A DNA stretch of 64,000 bases. It comes from Naegleria gruberi (lineage: Eukaryota). Shown one piece after another: positions 20,143 through 30,591 of the stretch. Where the stretch lies: assembly GCA_000004985.1 (NCBI GenBank), contig GG738931.1; one strand, 5' to 3'. How positions within the stretch are numbered: position 1 is the first letter of the stretch; each line of letters begins with the position of its first letter. A program made the position numbers and the translations under genes. Under the pieces are notes generated by a model. It saw only the letters and a program-made list of their open reading frames with translations, made no database searches and was not told where the DNA came from.

Positions 20143-20829
20143 TTATTCCTTATAAACAGCAATTGCTTCAATTTCAACTTTGGCCTTCTTTGGTAATCCA
20201 GAAGCTGCATAACAAACTCTTGCAGGCTTATTGTCACCAGAGAAATCTGAATCAATGAGAGAGTCAATTGATCAATCAAATAGACAATGACAACAACTTA
20301 CATTCACTGTAAACTTCATTCACAGCTTGGAAATCATTAATATCAGTCAATAAAACAGTTGTTTTCACAACATCTTTCAAAGTACAACAAGACAATATAT
20401 TAAATTTCACACAATTCCAATTCACATATAAAATGTTAATCATTACAAAAAGGTCAACAAAATATTACTCACCTCACCATCAATTCCCAAACATCCACTA
20501 ATATAAAAGTTACCATTTGCCTTCACACCTTGTGAATAAGGTCCAATAGCTCTCGGTGCCTTCTTTGCACTATTCACATAGACAATGGATGAATCATCAA
20601 CACCTGAAGTGGAGGAAGAACTCGAAGCAGATGCCAAATTCATCTGACAACTCATGGAAAAGTAACACTTCACCTCAGCAGAAGTACTCGTTACCATTGA
20701 ATTTCCAATCATCATCTCTCCTGGGGCACTACTTGGCAAAACCTTATATGAATGAGGATTCGACCGAGTGGTGATATTCTTATATTTAGCCAATCGATTG
20801 ACTTGTTTAGTAGGAACCTTTCTAAACAT
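20143..20829 (-). CDS. RidA/YjgF/UK114 family protein with an ~80-aa N-terminal extension; 3 exons, and the exon1/exon2 junction is unresolved
   Basis: Exon 1 encodes IGPYSQGV...FYISGCLGIDGE. Exon 2 encodes KDVVKTTVLLTDINDFQAVNEVYSE. Exon 3 (20246..20143) encodes FSGDNKPARVCYAASGLPKKAKVEIEAIAV. These are strong RidA motifs. The 55-nt intron 2 is clean. The intron 1 acceptor that would preserve the conserved helix is not a canonical AG. Confidence 0.7.
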
Positions 20830-21452
20830 TTTCGTTAGTGTGTGTAATTGTTATTGTTTGTTAAAGTTAGTAAAATTCTTCTCCTCCGAAAGTAGTATGA
20901 AAAAATTGCTCAAATTGATTGAATCCCAAATGCAAAAGTTTGATTAGAGAGAGAAGAGGTTGTTGCTTTCTTTTTTTGTGTTGTTTTGTGAGTGAGCAAA
21001 TTGATTTGGTTTGCATGGAGGTAAAATTTATCATGTCGGTGAATTTGATTGAATCAAGCAAGGCGCCAAAACCAATCAAATTGAACACAAATGTGAGGAA
21101 TTGAGGTTCAAGTGGAGAGACGAATTGCAAGTGGAATCATTGAAGAATTGCACAATGCTTGAATACATTCATAGGTATTAATAATATATCTTTCTTAATA
21201 TCTTTAAAAGTGAATAAGTGAATGGTTCGTTATTGGAAAAAAGTGGTTTCACAAGATCTTGTGAAAAATTCCATTTGGAAAGAGTTGTTTATGGTGCGAA
21301 AATGTGTGTTGATTCTCAATCTCAAAAAGGAGAAAAATAGATGATCACCACATTGTTTTTGCACATAGGTATTTGATATAAATTAATAATTTTCTTGATG
21401 CTCTCTGCTTCATTACTGAGTGAGGAGGAATTTTTTGTGAAGTGAAATATAA

Positions 21453-23114
21453 TTAGTAAGGATATTTACATGGTCTCGTGGTTGGTGTAATGTAAGCACT
21501 GGTGGTTAAACGGAGAGGTGGCAATTGGAAGCTAATTGAAAATTCCATTTCCATCATAAAGGCAGTATATCCCAAAGGTGGATTCTTGACAACGACACGA
21601 TAGTTCATTCCTGAGGCATCTAATGGTGTGACTGGGGTGAATGTGAAGGCCTTTCCAATAGTGGTAATTCTGAAATCTCTTGCATTTGGATTGGTGGCTT
21701 GCCACAATTTAACAACAGTTGGTCTAGTTCCATTGGTAATTCTCAAATCGAGTTGGAGTCCAACGGAGTGAACATCTTGACTGGAGAATTCATAGTTTGG
21801 AAGATTAATACCATAGAGATGGGCATAATAATCGACTAAAACAGCATCCATCATATCACTGCCTTCCATATTGTGTCCAGTATTTGGCAGGTATTTCAAT
21901 CTCTTTTCACCAACAAGATGAGGATAACCATTTGGAGACAAGTCTGGCCAGAAGAATTCATCTCCCATACTATAGATCAAGAACTTGTTAATGTTGGCAT
22001 ATCTTTCAGTGTAGACGAGTGGATCCAAAATTCCAGCCAATGCATCAAATTCCTTAGTATTCAACCGGGTGACAATTCCTTGATCCATGTAAGAATCCAT
22101 TGCTTCAGGGAATTTACACAAACTATCATAAGTTTCCATCAAATTTTTCTTCAAATCCAAAACAGCAATAACCATAGGAATGATATTTTTCACTCTCTTA
22201 TCAACAGCAGCAAGAAGCCAAGTGGTCCAACCCTTCTTACTAGTTCCTTGAACTGTGAATTGTTCAATGGTGTGTCCTAATTCTTTCTTTGCAAAGTCTT
22301 GAATAGTATCCAATCCCTTTTGTCCAGCTCTTGTCATTGGCAAGTGAGCAATCCAATAAGGTTTACTAGTGTCATTCATGAAATGTCTCCAAGTAAATGC
22401 AACAATTCCGTCCTCAGCTCTTTCCTCTCTTTTTGGATCAGCTTCAAATACAATTGCTTGATTAGGAACTTGCATCATTTCAGTAACAATTGTACCAGTA
22501 GCAACAGCAATCTTGGTCAAATCAGCAAGATCATCCAAATTTGGAGTCTTGTCAGTATTTCTCTTTCCAATCATCCACAACAGTCCTTCCTTCTTATCTC
22601 TATTCAAATTATGTGGTACAATTACCAACATGAAATGCCACCAAACATATCGTCCATTCAAAATATCTTTTGGTGAAAGCCACACTTGACTTGTCATGTT
22701 CAACACATAGGTAGTAGCAGCAAGCCCATGCATGGTATTGATCAATCGATATGAATAATTATTATCCGGATAAGATTCCATAAATTCATCCAAGGCTGTT
22801 TTTTTAAAAGATTGATCAGCCTTTGAAGATGAAACCTTCCCAACACGAGAATTTACTTTTTCTCCTCTGATCAATTTCATAGAAGGAACAAGACTTCCCT
22901 CCACTACTGATGATGACGATGTATTAATCAACAGCAATACAATACTGTACATCAGCACAACACTACCCAACAACAACAAGACTCGCATCATTTTTGAAGA
23001 TTCATTTCCAGTACTCGATAACGAACGCGAAAATTCCCTCCTCTCAAATTGTGGCATTTTTTTAAGGTCGAAAAAGCAAGTGAAAATAAGATGTGAATTT
23101 CTTGGAAGGTTCAT
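21453..23114 (-). CDS. hypothetical 553-aa type II membrane or secreted protein (N-terminal TM anchor, large lumenal domain)
   Basis: ATG at 23114. A hydrophobic segment at residues 40-65. Single exon. From memory it weakly resembles the alpha/beta-hydrolase-like PhoPQ-related family reported in bacteria and dictyostelids. I cannot verify that here. Confidence 0.5.
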   Translation of the reverse strand: MNLPRNSHLIFTCFFDLKKMPQFERREFSRSLSSTGNESSKMMRVLLLLGSVVLMYSIVLLLINTSSSSVVEGSLVPSMKLIRGEKVNSRVGKVSSSKADQSFKKTALDEFMESYPDNNYSYRLINTMHGLAATTYVLNMTSQVWLSPKDILNGRYVWWHFMLVIVPHNLNRDKKEGLLWMIGKRNTDKTPNLDDLADLTKIAVATGTIVTEMMQVPNQAIVFEADPKREERAEDGIVAFTWRHFMNDTSKPYWIAHLPMTRAGQKGLDTIQDFAKKELGHTIEQFTVQGTSKKGWTTWLLAAVDKRVKNIIPMVIAVLDLKKNLMETYDSLCKFPEAMDSYMDQGIVTRLNTKEFDALAGILDPLVYTERYANINKFLIYSMGDEFFWPDLSPNGYPHLVGEKRLKYLPNTGHNMEGSDMMDAVLVDYYAHLYGINLPNYEFSSQDVHSVGLQLDLRITNGTRPTVVKLWQATNPNARDFRITTIGKAFTFTPVTPLDASGMNYRVVVKNPPLGYTAFMMEMEFSISFQLPPLRLTTSAYITPTTRPCKYPY

Positions 23115-23557
23115 TGAAAAAAATCAAACTGCCTATTTGAAGCAACTGTTAAATGGGTCAGAGAGTTTTTGAAAGTTACACAGACTGTGTGAAAAAAAGC
23201 AACATTTTGATGTGAATGAAGTGAATTTAGAGAGAGAATGAAATCCTTACATGTGTGCAACATCTTGAATACTTGACACTTGTTTCTTGGAATAGATCGA
23301 ATTTCAAGAAGTGAACTAACAGAAAGTGACCTAAATGATTCACAAATAATATTTTCAAGATTTTGTTTGGGGAGACCAAATCGTTTAAATATCCAATGGT
23401 GTGAAATCTTTCAAAAATTCACTACCGAATTCTCTAACAGATTCCAAATCCTCCAAGTCCAACTTCATCACAACCAATTTACCAACAGTATTTCCAAGAT
23501 GATGGTTTGCTATTGAGCATTTTGCTGAATCGGACGGACCATCCATCATATCTGATT

Positions 23558-23940
23558 GTTCATGATGAAAGATCTAAGGTAACATAATTATTTCCTATTT
23601 CCCTGGTAGTAAGAAGAAAGAGTAGGGGTTATCTGATGAATTTGTATATGAAAGTAGTAACAAGCTTGATATTCATTACTACTGATGTCTATCAACAAAA
23701 TTTCACATTGCTGATGATGTTTACATATCANNNNNNNNNNNNNNNNNNNNNNNNNNNNNNNNNNNNNNNNNNNNNNNNNNCTATCTGAAGTTCATGATGA
23801 AAGATCTAAGGTAACATAATTATTTCCTAGGTTATCTGATGAATTTGTATATGAAAGTAGTAACAAGCTTGATGATATTCATTACTACTGATGTCTATCA
23901 ACAAAATTTCACAATTGATGATGTTTACATATCAATTAAA
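23558..23940. repeat. direct ~170-bp duplication flanking a 50-N scaffold gap (copy 1 23558-23730 carries a 31-bp insertion; copy 2 23781-23940)
   Basis: Near-identical strings tgttcatgatgaaagatctaaggtaacataattatttcct...gatgtttacatatca occur on both sides of the N-run. Confidence 0.5.
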
Positions 23941-24638
23941 CGAAAAGTGAAATAATTGTTAAAATTCTCATAATTTCCTACAGAATTTGAAACAAATAAA
24001 TGATAAAAAGCAAAGCAATTCACTAATTGATGAGCCATTATAACAGTAGTAAGTGAATTAGTTTTCCTCACCACATAAATCCACAACAATCCCATAATTA
24101 GTGGACCACCCACCAAGTTGACTGCGCCTCCTTCATATTGCAAATCAAACCATAAAAACCAAACATGGTTCAATGCAAACAGCACTGTACTAAGTATCAA
24201 TTTAGTAGTTGACCTATCATGAATGATGTCATCAATCCAAACTCCTCTCCAATAAATTTCCTCGATAAATCCATTCACAAGTCCAATACAAAGAGCAAGA
24301 ATAAACAAACTAATAGAAAATTCAAATTCTCTACATGATGGAATGAATGCAGCAAAGAAAACAAGTAAAGTTGGAATAAAAGCACTCAAATAAATCATGA
24401 AATTTCCTTCACTGCATTTTCCCAATATTTTCATAGAAATATTATTGTATATTGATGATGAATTAAACATTAACATCATGATCATCATTAATAGAAACCA
24501 ATAAACGATCATTCCGAGTGTAAAACTAGAAAGTTTGCTGGTGAGCAAGCTGATGAGGTAAAATAATAATCCCACCAATAAAAATGTAAAAATTTGATGA
24601 GAAAGATGATGAATTGATTGGTTTTTTAATGGTGTCAT
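23925..24638 (-). CDS. CPBP-family intramembrane glutamic protease (Abi/Rce1-like CAAX protease fold), 237 aa
   Basis: Motifs EEIYWR (EExxxR), FALNH (FxxxH) and HQLVN (HxxxN), in multi-TM context. ATG at 24638. Confidence 0.6.
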   Translation of the reverse strand: MTPLKNQSIHHLSHQIFTFLLVGLLFYLISLLTSKLSSFTLGMIVYWFLLMMIMMLMFNSSSIYNNISMKILGKCSEGNFMIYLSAFIPTLLVFFAAFIPSCREFEFSISLFILALCIGLVNGFIEEIYWRGVWIDDIIHDRSTTKLILSTVLFALNHVWFLWFDLQYEGGAVNLVGGPLIMGLLWIYVVRKTNSLTTVIMAHQLVNCFAFYHLFVSNSVGNYENFNNYFTFRLIDM

Positions 24639-24749
24639 TGTAAATATTGCTGAGATGTGATCTTATTTTTTTTAAATTTTAATTTTGCAATAGTGTTTAC
24701 AATGCAAGTTGACTATTTAAGTTTAAATTTGTGTTTTTTATTAAAAAAA

Positions 24750-26458
24750 ATGAAAAGAAGTCTCGATGAATTTTCTGGCACACACTGCTCAGCTAAGAGT
24801 AACAAGATTCAGAAAGTATCATCAGAAAGTGTCATACAAATAGGTAATATATTCAAAACTTTTTTAATTCAAAACAAAATTCAGCCGATTTTCCTGATGA
24901 TATTTGCTATGAAATATTAGAGTATTTGAATTATAAAGATTTATTGTTGGGTGCCTTTCTTGTCTGTCGACAATGGAATCAAGTTATCAAACAACGGATC
25001 GGAGTAAAAATTGTGATTCAAGATGAGCATGTTTTAGAAGAATGGTTTCAAAGTATGGAAAATCAAGTGGAACCTAGTTATCATATCAAATCTTGGCAAA
25101 TTAAAAGACTTGTTCGTGGCACAAGATTAGACAAGGAGAAGATGGAAAGAATATGTAAAATTTTGAAGAAACAAGACAGGTTGGAGAGCCTAATTGATAA
25201 GAAAGGTTTATGTTGTCACCATACCAAATTGGTAAGCTCGCTAACTCAGTTGAAATCAATAGTCTTGAAATTCAATAATATTAACGAATACGAAATGGAG
25301 TCAATTGCCTCAATGAATAAGTTAATATCACTGGATATAGGCTGTGCTCGTACTAATCTAGAAGGGATTAAGATCCTCAGCTCTAAGGATAACTTTACAG
25401 AGCTCAATATTGAATTTTCTTTTTTTGATCAAGTTCCTTATATGGAATACGTTAGTAAGATGACCGACCTGCGAAAATTGGACATTTCTAATAATCCTAT
25501 AAGTTTAAATCGGGCTAAATCTGCTAATTATTTAAAATCACTTGAAAAACTTACCGATTTGACTGTTACGTATCTTGATATGGATCTTGAATTTTTGAAA
25601 TCTATTTCCAATTTGAAATTTCTAACAAGTCTATCTATTTATGGTAATTTGGTGGGGATTGAAGGTGTTAAAATCATATGTTCAATGTTTCAGTTGAAAA
25701 AACTAGATATAACCCTAAATGCCATTGGAGAAGAAGGTGCAAAACTAATTAGCAATTCTCTCAAACAATTAAATACCCTCCGTATTGGAGACAATCAAAT
25801 TGGAGACAAAGGAGCAGAGAGTATTAGCTCAATGAAGACGTTAACAGCCCTTGATTTAGAGGAATCAAATATTGGACCTCAAGGATTGGAATTTATTTGC
25901 CAAATGGATCAATTGAAAAGCTTAATGTTAAATTTTAATACTATAGGTGGTAGTAGGTTACCAATTAATGCGCTCACAAATTTAACTGAAATCAGTCTAG
26001 TTTTAACAAATATAGGAATAGAAATAGTGAAATCCATAAGCTTGATTACCAAGTTGAGAAATGTTAATATTAGTGACAACAGATTGGGAGATGAATGTTT
26101 AGAAATTATAGGCAATTCTCTTTTCAATTTAACAGAACTTGATATTTCTGAGAATAATATGACTGAAAACGGAACCAAATATTTGAGCTCACTAAAAAAT
26201 TTAACACATTTGAATGCCGAAGATAATAGACTTAATGATGAATCTATTCAACATTTATGTTCATTGAAGAAGTTGAAGTCTCTGTATATTAATAATAATC
26301 AAGTTGGAGACGAAGGCTTTGCACTAATTGCCAATTCCATGAAACAATTACGGTTAGTACACGCCCATAATAATAAGGAAACTGAAATTGGAAGAACACT
26401 TCTCAAGTCAAGGAAACATTTATTAACATCAGTTTGGCAAGATAATGATGGTGAGTGA
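24750..26458 (+). CDS. F-box / leucine-rich-repeat (RNI-type) protein, 2 exons 24750..24843, 24885..26458 (555 aa)
   Basis: ATG at 24750. GGTAAT donor at 24844 and TTCAG acceptor at 24884 (41-nt intron) place the F-box (DFPDDICYEILEYLNYKDLLLGAFLVCRQW) in frame. About 14 LRRs of the LxxLxLxxNxIGdeG type follow. Confidence 0.7.
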
Positions 26459-27260
26459 ACCATATTGGATTACAATTGGAAAGAATTGAATTTTGAAAAA
26501 GAAAAACTTACATCAAGTTCATATATGAATTTACAATTTGATGTTAAATACTAAGAATCCATGTGAATATTGGTAATTGTAATGAATAATAGACAATATT
26601 ATATTATTCCATCCATTCTTGGATTTTTCAACATCTTAATCAACTTCATTCGGTGGACCAGCGGGATATTTCCTACTCAGGATTTGTTAATGGTTGTAAA
26701 ATTCAATGTCCAATGTTGGTTTTCATGCAATTGTTTCGAAAGACTTAAAAGGAGAATTATTTAAGAAATGTTTCTGATTGGAAATGATTCAAGGAAAATG
26801 TATTATTTACAATCGAATAGTTAAAGAATTCAGTGGAACATTTTCAAACTGAAAACGAAGAATTGGAGCAATTTTATTATTTATCAATCATTGCAAAATA
26901 GAAAGATTAATGAGATTGAAATTTCTGACATGGTCGAACAAAGTCGAGAAATTCTGAAATGAACAAGATTCCTCGAACTATTCGAAATACCATTTCCAAA
27001 CAATTTCGACGTTGGAATTATTTCCTTAATAATATTAGAAAATCCCTCATGTATAACCTATCCATGTAGTTGTGGCACTATTAACTTTCTACTATTTTCT
27101 AATAGTGAAAGAGGACAACAAAACATGTCATCATTCTCAATTCAAAACTTTAGCTTGTACTAGAAACTATTAAGATGCCCACTTGTAAATAGCAATTCAA
27201 GCAAAAAAGGTGTAACCTCAAGTCATGTAACACTGAGTGTTTATCTGCATGATCTACCAG

Positions 27261-27861
27261 CATTCAAGAAGGTGGATATTCCACTATCATTCATAATGTT
27301 CCTACCTACAGTAATAGGGGTTACAGTGTTCCTTCTCAACAAGGTTATGGTCAACCTCAAATGGGTGTTAGCATGAATATGCCAGGTTTTGGAATGACTC
27401 AACCACAAACTCAAGTTTCCTACACTCAAACCACAACCACTAATTACATGCCAACCCAACAATATCCAACCTACAATAATTCTCTTGCTAGACAAATTAT
27501 TCAAGCTTGTGAAAATGCATCATTTGATAACGATAAGGTTAAGGCAGTTCAAACTTATTCATCTGCTCAATGTTGTCCAATTAATGGCGCTGATTTGGTT
27601 ACCATTTTGGATCTCTTTGGTTTTGACAATGACAAGATTACAGTTTTATCTCAATTGAGAAATACTAATAACATTTTCCAAATGAATTGTAATGAAGCTG
27701 CTCAAGTTTTGGAATCATTTGGATTTGACAATGATAAGTTGAAGGCATTGGAATTACTTTTAATTAGTATTTATGATAGAAAGCAACATGCTGAAACAAT
27801 TGTTGGTGGTTTTGGATTTGATAATGATCAATCAAAGGCAAGAACTATTTTATTGAAATAA
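27261..27861 (+). CDS. protein with a Q/Y/G-rich region followed by four ~40-aa repeats, each containing an (F)GFDNDK motif; upstream exon or exons not identified
   Basis: The frame is open from 27253, with a CTACCAG acceptor at 27260 and no in-frame ATG before residue M at 27361. The repeats are ASFDNDKVKAVQ.., LFGFDNDKITVL.., SFGFDNDKLKAL.., GFGFDNDQSKAR.. . Confidence 0.45.
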
Positions 27862-28039
27862 TTTATTAATATAGATATTGAATTTACAATAAAAATTTAA
27901 AAAATTATAGAAAGTTTTTCTGAATAGTCAATCGGATTATGTGATATACTTAAGAAAAGATTGGTAGATTTTCACAAAATGATGAGGATGGAAATAGTTG
28001 TGCATCTTCATCACGTGTAACATCTTATTCCAAATACTT

Positions 28040-28265
28040 TTATTCGAAAGGGAGAAATTGGAAGAACACTGAAGTCAGGGAAACATCAGCAGCTCGTCAA
28101 GTTAATGATGAGTGAATATTTTAATATTTGATTACAATTGGAAGGAATCGAATTTTGAAAATGAAATAGTGACCTCAATTTCACATATGAATTTGAACCA
28201 ATTTACAAATTGAAGTTACCTACTAAGAATAGAAACCGATGCATGTGAATATTCACATAACACGA
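28040..28265 (+). pseudogene. degenerate duplicated fragment of the 3' coding end plus 3' flank of the F-box/LRR gene at 24750-26458
   Basis: The segment ggaagaacactg..gggaaacat..gatgagtgaa..attacaattggaag..gaattttgaaaa..catatgaatttg..tactaagaat..atgtgaatatt is colinear with 26388-26578, at about 75% identity and with indels. No intact ORF. Confidence 0.5.
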
Positions 28266-28473
28266 AATTTTCAAAGATAAAACTACAAAAGTCATGGTTT
28301 TGATTGAGGATGTTACATTCCAGCCACTCATTTCAACTTTTTGTCTTAACAAAATTGATTTCCTCATTTTCTCGGAAGTACGAAAAATCAATAAAAGGCG
28401 CGAAATTTTTTAGCTTTTTAAAATAACGTTAAAAAAAAACAAACAAATCAAAATACTCACAAACCCTCACAAA

Positions 28474-28797
28474 ATGGTCGCTTCAAGAAACGTGTGCAAT
28501 AAGCAAAATTCCGAAAATTCCGCCACTACAAGTAGCAGTGGTATGATGATCAATAAATCCCACAAGTTGAAAGCTATCAAGGGTAACACAAGTAGACCAA
28601 TGCTTACACCTCTCGTTATTGAAAAGAAGTACAAGCAGAAGGCTGTACCAGTTTATCAACCTATTGTGGAATTAACAGTAGGTGCAGAAGACTTGAATGT
28701 CCTTAAGGACGAAACTACATGTTCCTTCTTCTTTGTTGAAGATAAGATTCAAACTGTTGATGATTCTTGTCATGATGATTTCATTATTGTAATGTAA
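28474..28797 (+). CDS. small hypothetical protein, 107 aa
   Basis: ATG in an aaaATGg context. No domain recognised. The coding call rests on ORF length and codon bias only. Confidence 0.35.
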   Translation: MVASRNVCNKQNSENSATTSSSGMMINKSHKLKAIKGNTSRPMLTPLVIEKKYKQKAVPVYQPIVELTVGAEDLNVLKDETTCSFFFVEDKIQTVDDSCHDDFIIVM

Positions 28798-29387
28798 ATA
28801 ACAAGTTGAGCTGAGTTGCCTAAACTCACACGAAATACCATCAAGCCTTTTTGCTCTTCCTTCAACACCAACTATTTCCTACCATGCATGCCGTGCGGAA
28901 CGAACAATTAGTTTTTACTGAAGATATATTACATTAGCAATAATTAATTTGAACATGATTAGTTAAGTCATCAATCTATTCAACAATACAAAATAATAAA
29001 CTTGAAAGCCTTTCGGAATTAAAAAAATTAAAATTAAAAAAATATTATTCCGTGATGACACAAGAGATCACCAAATTTTAAGTTATTGATCAAAGATAGA
29101 ATCTATGTTAAATTTTCACCAAAGTTGCTTGAAGCCATAGAAAAATTCAAGATTCTTATCAGTGAACTGAAACAATTAACATCACTGTCCTCCTTTGAAC
29201 TATATCAGTGAAATGAAACAATTAGCATCACTAAGAAAATAAGCGTATGTTTGGGTATTGTTCTTTTAAACACCGTTGATAAACAAATAGATACACTCCA
29301 AATATTCCTTTAAGCCTTTCTTGTTGAAATTATCATCAGGTATTGAAGAGAATAAACTTTAATTTCCATTAAATATATTGAAATTCA

Positions 29388-30500
29388 TTACAAATGCTTT
29401 CTATGAACGATACTTTCACCAATTTCTTCAAATTCTGATTTCTTAATTGAGATATTATCCACATGATGTAGACACGACAATATAGAACCTCCAATCCATG
29501 AGGAATATTCTCTCTCTGGTGGACTAATCACTCTAAACTTATATTTGTAATCTGAACTCTGAGAGGAATTCAACTCTTGGACAAGTCGTTCAGAGAAATT
29601 TGGAATGAGAGTATTACCTCCTGAAAGAATCATATTATCTAGACAATCTCTTTTGAAAATGGGTTCCAGATTATTGACAGATTTGAGAATTAGTTCGTGA
29701 ATGGAAGGTTGTTCTGGTTTGTTGATTAGTGAAGGACGAAAGAGAATTTCTGGACATTTGAATTGTTCAAGACCAAGTGTAATTGTTTGATCTCCAACTT
29801 GATAAACCTTCTTACAAATATCAATTCTCTGATTTTCCAATGGATAATCCATGGAAATTTCACACAATTTTTCCTTAATTTCTTTAAAGTGGTGTTCAAT
29901 TCCACTTGCCTTATCAATTGTGAATCCCAAATCATCATGAATTAATTTTCCCATATATTCAGTTAAATCCCTTCCACCAAATTCCAACTTATAACAGTAT
30001 TGAGATATTAACTGTCCATCACAAAATGGTGCTGATTGAGTGAGTCCATCTCCACTTTTCAACACCAAACCAGTTGTCCTTCCAATTGCTAAAAGTGATG
30101 AAAGAGATCGATCGACCAAACAAATTATTGGACTCTGCAATTTTTCAAATAACATTTCAGCAATTTTCACTCGATTCCTTTTCACAGTCGTTACAGAATT
30201 ATAAACAATCATTATTGGGCTAGTCAACTCAACGAGATAATCTTTCAATTCGTTTGAAATAATAAACTGCAACATTGCCTCCAGATCATTGAAATTAGAT
30301 ATCTGTCCTCCTCTCTCTATCGGAAACTTTAGATCACCATCAATATCTTCAAGATTCAATGATAAAAACTTGCTCCGAATTCTTTGAATTTTTGTTGATT
30401 TTTTGGCAATAATTGAAGCGGGTAAATCATCACCTCCAATTCCACTTTTAATTGATGAGGAACCAAAATCAATAACTGCTGTGCTTGGGTGTTGAAACAT
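29388..30500 (-). CDS. divergent actin-related protein (actin/Hsp70-fold ATPase), 370 aa
   Basis: ATG at 30500. Its AVIDFGSSSIKSG motif resembles the actin phosphate-1 loop. Length and overall architecture are actin-like. Confidence 0.65.
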   Translation of the reverse strand: MFQHPSTAVIDFGSSSIKSGIGGDDLPASIIAKKSTKIQRIRSKFLSLNLEDIDGDLKFPIERGGQISNFNDLEAMLQFIISNELKDYLVELTSPIMIVYNSVTTVKRNRVKIAEMLFEKLQSPIICLVDRSLSSLLAIGRTTGLVLKSGDGLTQSAPFCDGQLISQYCYKLEFGGRDLTEYMGKLIHDDLGFTIDKASGIEHHFKEIKEKLCEISMDYPLENQRIDICKKVYQVGDQTITLGLEQFKCPEILFRPSLINKPEQPSIHELILKSVNNLEPIFKRDCLDNMILSGGNTLIPNFSERLVQELNSSQSSDYKYKFRVISPPEREYSSWIGGSILSCLHHVDNISIKKSEFEEIGESIVHRKHL

Positions 30501-30591
30501 TTTTTTTGTAAAATATTTTTCAAATAGTTTACAATGAATTTAGAAAGTTTAAATTGAATTTACAAATATTTACAGTTTATTTGATGGTAAA

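Noticed and set aside
20867-21130. 87-aa ORF on the minus strand and 61-aa ORF on the plus strand in the RidA upstream region
   Set aside because: No ATG context, atypical composition, and they lie in the promoter region between two genes. Judged to be chance ORFs.
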